Assembly: GCF_003918875.1 (NCBI RefSeq)
Contig: NW_025766994.1
Location: 1,116,001-1,180,000 of the forward strand
Direction: 5' to 3'
Length of the DNA stretch: 64,000 nt
From: Haliotis rubra
Taxonomy: Eukaryota
Below, piece after piece: positions 56,701 to 64,000 of this stretch. The notes below the pieces were generated by a model, which was not told the DNA's origin, searched no databases, and saw only the letters and a list, made by a program, of their open reading frames with translations. A program made the position numbers and the translations under genes. Each line of letters begins with the position of its first letter. Within the stretch, counting starts at the first letter, position 1.

Positions 56701-59655
56701 GGAAATATCTTTATAAGTGGCTCCAAAAGTGTCAAATATTCTACCAAATGCTTAACGTTTTGTAGGTTTGAATGGTTTCATATGTGACATTTTGGAGGAA
56801 TAAAGTGGCCTCGAATGGACCAAGTTTTTATTTGGATTTATCAGTAGGCCTCCGTCTCTGAGTGACCATTTCAAAATTCACATTATTAGGACTCCATGCC
56901 ACTATTATTCCGCCGTATTTTGTACCAAGCATAGCTCATAAACTAAAAGACCGCCTCCGTGGTGTAGTGGTTAGAGCGTCCGCCAGGAGAGCGGAAGGTT
57001 GCGGGTTCGATCCCCTACCGCCTCATACCAAAACACGTTAAAATATGGTTATCAATAGCAAAGGGCAGATAATTCAAAATTAATTTAAAAATTTCAAAGT
57101 CCAGACCAATAATCTCCAAAACTACTGGTCCAAAGACCTAACAATTTCATGTACAGATCCGGAGTCAGAATCCCTACAATTTCAAGTGTAGGACCCATGT
57201 AGCTACAAGGCTCCGTTTGGCAGCCATATTGGATTGAAGTTTTTGGCCGTGTTTTTCACCATTTTTCTTGTACTTGTCTTCCAAAATGTGCTGAGCTCGA
57301 GCCATTAACTCCAGAGCTTCCAAAATGTCCATACTTTGTGTGCAGGAAATTTCAACGACTTCACGATTTTTTCAAAACCAAACTTATCAGGTGAAACATA
57401 TTTATTTATATATATTTATATATCGCCAATATCCAGATCACCTGCTGAAAGGTGCTTTGTTTTTCCCTCGATCATTGGATGTCAGTCTCAAACGGCACAA
57501 TGTATTATCAATCTCAACTCCCTTGGGATCATACAACTCTTGCAGCCACTAGGCGCACCGAGTTAATGTGGCTTTCCCATCCTTACGAGGTACCCATTCA
57601 CAGCTGTGTGGACTGGGACACGTAGTCACAATATTTTGTCCAAGTTTACTACACGTTGCTGTACCCGCAACTAGGTGTTTTCACGTAAACATGTGGCCAC
57701 CATCTGGTCATATACCAACGGATTCGTGGGTTCTTTTAAGTGCACAGGGTTGTGTACTGTACACTAGGGGTTGTGACAACACTGAGAGAGTCTGCACGCA
57801 AAGTTGACTCCAAGGATTTTACACCCGGTCACAGCTGGGCTCGATCCCCTCACCTCAAGCTCGCTGGATCACTAGCCTGGCGCCTTAGCCAGCTCGCCCA
57901 CCACCACATGTTATATTTGGGATTACACTTTCTTAGTAAAGTACAGATTTTAGTACTTTAGTCCCATCCGAGGTTCGAACCCACACCCTCAGAGTCAGGC
58001 ACTTAATCGCCAGCACACAAAGTCAGACGCCTAGACCGCTCTGCCACCGCGGCTTCCACAAAACTGGAAGTCGGACAACTGGTTGTCTAGACTGCGGACT
58101 TTGTGTACCCCTCTGATAAGTGTTAATTGGCACGCCTCCCACGGCCGAAAGCTATGAAATATGTGGGTTCGAATCCAGGATGGGACTCAACCCAAACAGT
58201 ACTAGAATCTGTACGTTACTAAGAAAGTGTAATCCCAAATATAACATATGTTACATTTGATCACTTTCTAAAATGGCAGTGTGTATTTCTTATCAGGTGA
58301 CACATTTTTAAAAACTGTGTAAAATGCTGTATGGCCCTAATACCTCAGGTCCTCGTGATTCCAGAATACTCATTGATTTGACTGTGGACCCAAGGACAAC
58401 GGAGCTACGTATACAGGCTGTTAAAGAAGGAACTATTTCTTTTCCGGAACTATTTCGATGGTACATGACCCCGCGATCTCGGCTGTATTTCAGAGATCCG
58501 CTCGTGTGTCGAAAACGTGTTCTTTGTTTTGACGATTTCAAGCCATTAAATATACTTTAAACACCTTAACTCTGCAACCAGTCGTCCGATCTCGACCATA
58601 ATTTGCCCGTGTTTTTAGGCTATTAATGCCCATTACACAATCCAATTTGCACATGGTATCGCTGTTTGTTCTGAAACAATATCCTATGATCTCAGTCACT
58701 GGATTGCTAAGTCGGAATTTTACAATCAACTCTGAGACTTATGGATGTGAAAGGTTTTTTTCGCTTCTATTCACAGATTTCCTGTATTTCCCAAACCAGA
58801 CATTTGACTATTGAAAGGATAATCGTTTGATTGCTAAACTTTCAAAGAAAGAAAAACGGCAAATTGAGGACATTCTAAATGGCTAGTTTAGTTCTTTGTG
58901 GGTAAATCCAATGTTTTTTGTTATTTTTGTTTGTTTCCTAATGGGTCATATGTTATCAATTTATCACAAAGGCCTGAGTCATATATATTTTGTGTGACTG
59001 TATAATGACATTCTAGTCAAGGGTCTTAATTATTGGAGGTCACGTGAGATGTTAAGCTTAAGTAGTTAAATCATGTTTTTGCTTCATTTTGCAATAGTTC
59101 ATGTTTACACATGTTAATACACAATGGGGACGGGGGGCCTGAAAGTATGGTGTAAGAGCTACTAAGAAGATGATGTCGCGCAGAGAGAGCTATTATGAAT
59201 TTACGATGTACACACTTGATCAGAAAGCTTTCAGTTAATATATCACAATATGTATTGTACTATCTTTTAAATTATTGCAATATATCGCAATGTGAGAATC
59301 AGGGCAATAGTCAGCCCTAGTATTCAAGCTGTTGTAACGTAATCTGTAAGTAGAGCTACCGGACAAGCTATCTGCAGTGGATGGGGTCACAGTTATCATG
59401 ATTGGTATTTCGTGACTATTTTCACCTATCAGTTTGTTAGTTAGGTTGGTAATATGTACTATTCATTCTTTATGTGTAAAACCTTCAGGTTAAAACGGAT
59501 TACATCCTATTTCACTGTGTCACAGGGACCTGAATACAGTCGACTCTCACATTAAACTGAACGATATGACCTCTGTGCGCCAGGTCACACACGATATGCT
59601 GAGCCATTCATACAGTCATATAGTAAAGTTAACCTGAAGAACTTACTTGAGACAT
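44711..59655 (-). CDS. Cytosolic sulfotransferase (SULT1-like) copy G, intact, 285 aa
   Basis: Exons 59655-59647, 56189-56027, 54782-54462, 46252-46149, 45282-45135, 44823-44711 (858 nt, GT-AG, open); [40 protein letters not shown]; 8.2-kb intron 3 filled with nested TEs. Confidence 0.88.
45391..46108. repeat. ~35-bp minisatellite (about 21 units) in SULT G intron 4
   Basis: CTTAATGTGTCCACGTGTTGCCCATATATATTTTC repeats. Confidence 0.93.
47135..51550 (-). mobile_element. Decayed I/Nimb-type LINE: ORF1 C-terminus, ORF2 (APE, RT, RNase H) and 3'UTR
   Basis: [16 protein letters not shown] zinc knuckle; MGDFNGH; [12 protein letters not shown]; GVPQGSILS; FVDDF; [10 protein letters not shown]; [24 protein letters not shown]; RCRIGHSR; many stops and frameshifts. 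Confidence 0.9.
49914..49994 (-). mobile_element. Tiny LINE 3'-tail insertion inside LINE ORF2
   Basis: 15-bp TSD TCAAGAGCAGTATGA (49899-49913, 49995-50009). Confidence 0.8.
51914..52161 (-). mobile_element. SINE-like family 2
   Basis: TSD CATAAAACT (51905-51913, 52162-52170); 5' end TACCCGTGAAGGTCCGGGTTAGAAT. Confidence 0.87.
52190..52790 (-). mobile_element. Penelope-like reverse transcriptase fragment
   Basis: [64 protein letters not shown]. Confidence 0.85.
52810..53430 (-). mobile_element. I/Nimb-type LINE 5' part (ORF1 gag-like zinc knuckle, putative 5'UTR)
   Basis: [25 protein letters not shown]...CVHCSEQTH; WPRFLVIES. Confidence 0.75.
55604..55724 (-). mobile_element. tRNA-derived SINE family 1, 5'-truncated
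   Basis: TSD AGTTACTTTTA on both sides. Confidence 0.82.
55793..55862 (-). pseudogene. Partial duplicate of SULT G exon 2 (3' 70 nt plus splice donor)
   Basis: Encodes [23 protein letters not shown] followed by GTAACA donor. Confidence 0.85.
56950..57050 (+). mobile_element. tRNA-like SINE head (family 3), 3'-truncated
   Basis: A-box TGGTGTAGTGG, B-box GGTTCGATCCC, then CATACCAAAACACGTTAAAATATGGT. Confidence 0.7.
57440..57905 (-). mobile_element. tRNA-headed SINE, family 4
   Basis: Reverse: TGGGCGAGCTGGCTAAGGCG...GGATCGAGCCC head, then a body with GAATGGGTACC and GGGAGTTGAGA motifs typical of conserved-domain SINEs. Confidence 0.6.
57908..58247. repeat. Fold-back element composed of two divergent tRNA-like units
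   Basis: Inverted arms 57908-57985 and 58162-58247, each containing GGTTCGAA(C/T)C. Confidence 0.7.
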
Positions 59656-60684
59656 GGTTCGAAGTGACCGCAAACAGATCTGCAGAATGTCCAGTGATAC
59701 AAGTGAGGTGACACTTGGGTCCAGACACAAAAATCGAATTGCTGGGTGGGAGGCGCCCAGTCACGATAACTGTATGAACATGTGTTCCCTGATTGACCTA
59801 CACGAGTTATCTGTGAGTGACATACATATTGTACAGCGGGAAACGGGAGATGAGGATGCGGGTGAAGAAAGGAGACTGTTTGCTCTCTCTCTTTCTCTCT
59901 CTGAAATGTCTCCAGAAAAAGTCCCAACATGTCTTTTGAAAGTCTGATTAAGACAGCATAAGAATATCCCTAATTTGTCAATGAATATATTTCATATTTT
60001 TACTATATTCAACTCCATAATTCTAATCTGGAATATTATGGCTTTTCAAATGGATGTGACAGCCAGCCCTGGGATACAGCCCATTATGGCTGTGATCAGG
60101 GTATTTCTACATATCCTTATTTAGGCCAAATTTGCCACATTGCACATCTCCCATGTTTGTTGGCCCTACCTGTGTTCGCTGCTCATGTTTACCATGTCAA
60201 AAGCGCACTACAAATTGAAAATGATCTTTTGGCTGTATTAAGAATGCATTATTACTTACTTATTACGAAAGCTCTGGATCAACAGCCACTACTTATGTAA
60301 CCTAACCTGATCCACTGCAGTAGCAATAAGTTTTTCCCTTCAGAGACAACAACAGAATTTGAAATTAGCCATCGGCAGTCTGATTTCTATGGTATGAGAA
60401 AGAAAACATTCCTTAAATGCATTATTTGTAATAAAAACGCAAACAGTATAAAACGTTAGCAACAAAGTCCTGTATTTATTTAACACAATGTGGTGCGGTG
60501 GCCATTTGATGATGGCTGATCAAGGACAAGCATAGGTCACCCGGTACTTATCTAATACAGGCCGAAAGTCTAAATAAGCAATACTTCTGTTTACATACAA
60601 ACACACGTGTGTGCACAAAGCAAAGGGAAAACATTTCCCAACGTGTCATGTCAATATCTCTCATACAACTTGTTCATCTGTCAC

Positions 60685-60838
60685 GGGGTAGCCTAGTGGT
60701 TAAAGTATTCGTTCGTCACGCCGAAGATCCGGGTTCGATTCCCCACATGGGTACAATGTGTGAAGCCCATTTCTGGTGTCCCCTGTCGTGATATTGCTGG
60801 AATATAGCTAAGAGCGGCGTGAAACCACACTCACTCAC
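60685..60838 (+). mobile_element. tRNA-derived SINE family 1
   Basis: 11-bp TSD TCATCTGTCAC; absent from the paralogous spacer near 10960. Confidence 0.88.
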
Positions 60839-61552
60839 TCATCTGTCACAGATTTAACAGATTCAACCAACATGTAAGTAATCTCTTAAGACCTGCATCA
60901 TGTTCGGCTTTTCTACCACATTAGGCTAATACGCCATGATACAACTGGACTACTCTCGTTGTTTCAACTGAAACTCCTCACAAAATCTTCTCTTCCCCCT
61001 ACATCATTCTATCCGTTATGACCACCTCTGTACATTACGCTGTAATGGGTGCAAAGTTGAGGAATATAAAGTCACACAGCGAGGAGCACCAGGAATGAGC
61101 ATCACACATTGCACCCATGTGGGGAATCGAACCCGGGTGTTCGGCGTGACGAGCGGACGCTTTCACCTTTAGGCTTCCCCACCGCCCCCTTTACATGTTT
61201 GAGCTTTATATAGCTCGCACTTATTTTACTGTAATTCTAGTTTGTCACAGGGGAGGATTGAGGTTTGTCAAAAGTAATTATGCAATTATTGTTAAAAGTG
61301 CTGTCCTACATATCTAATCTGGTGCAGCAAAGATCAAGGACACATCTGTTTCTTTGAGTCACAATGAAGCAAAGGTCAAGGCTATATTCAGCCTCATATT
61401 ATTGGACTTGGAGTAGAATCAATGTAATGGTAACTCATCATATCAGATTAATGATTTCCTCCTCCAGCACTGTAGGCACTGACGTAAAAGGTGCACAGTC
61501 CTGAATGTGGGTAGCTATGATCGTATTAGGGCTCAAGTACAGTCTCGGTAAA

Positions 61553-64000
<2,448 letters not shown>

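Larger units (their letters stand above)
56564..59319. mobile_element. hAT-like non-autonomous element (2.75 kb) in SULT G intron 1, with nested SINEs
   Basis: Ends TAGGGCTGA...TCAGCCCTA; 8-bp flanks CTATTCAT/GTATTCAA; paralogous introns are contiguous across the site. Confidence 0.7.

Overview
This is eukaryotic (animal) genomic DNA. The repeat repertoire suggests a mollusc, possibly an abalone-like gastropod; that assignment is inference only. The window holds a tandem and inverted cluster of cytosolic PAPS-dependent sulfotransferase (SULT1-like) paralogs that the ORF track shows only as fragments. All copies share a 6-exon layout: a 9-nt Met-Ser-Gln first coding exon, then exons of 163, 321, 104, 148-154 and 113 nt, with intron phases 0,1,1,0,1, giving about 285 aa. 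I resolve eight units. A (+) is frameshifted. B (-) is intact. C (+) has lost exon 2. D (-) is an orphan promoter plus exon 1. E (-) is orphan exons 5-6 with a stop-loss. F (-) has an intact ORF, but its PAPS-binding loop PKSGT is changed to PQSET. G (-) is intact with TE-inflated introns. H (-) runs off the right edge. Introns and spacers contain decayed Tc1/mariner elements, an I/Nimb-type LINE and its 3' fragments, Penelope, DIRS-like and CR1/RTE-type fragments, hAT-type non-autonomous elements, a Helentron-like element, several SINE families and intronic minisatellites. The best leads are the candidate pseudo-enzyme F, hypervariable substrate loops across paralogs, and a headless SINE-like family that always starts exactly at a predicted pseudoknotted RNA domain. 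Others are a fold-back element built from two tRNA-like units and an unknown decayed ORF carried inside a hAT-like element.
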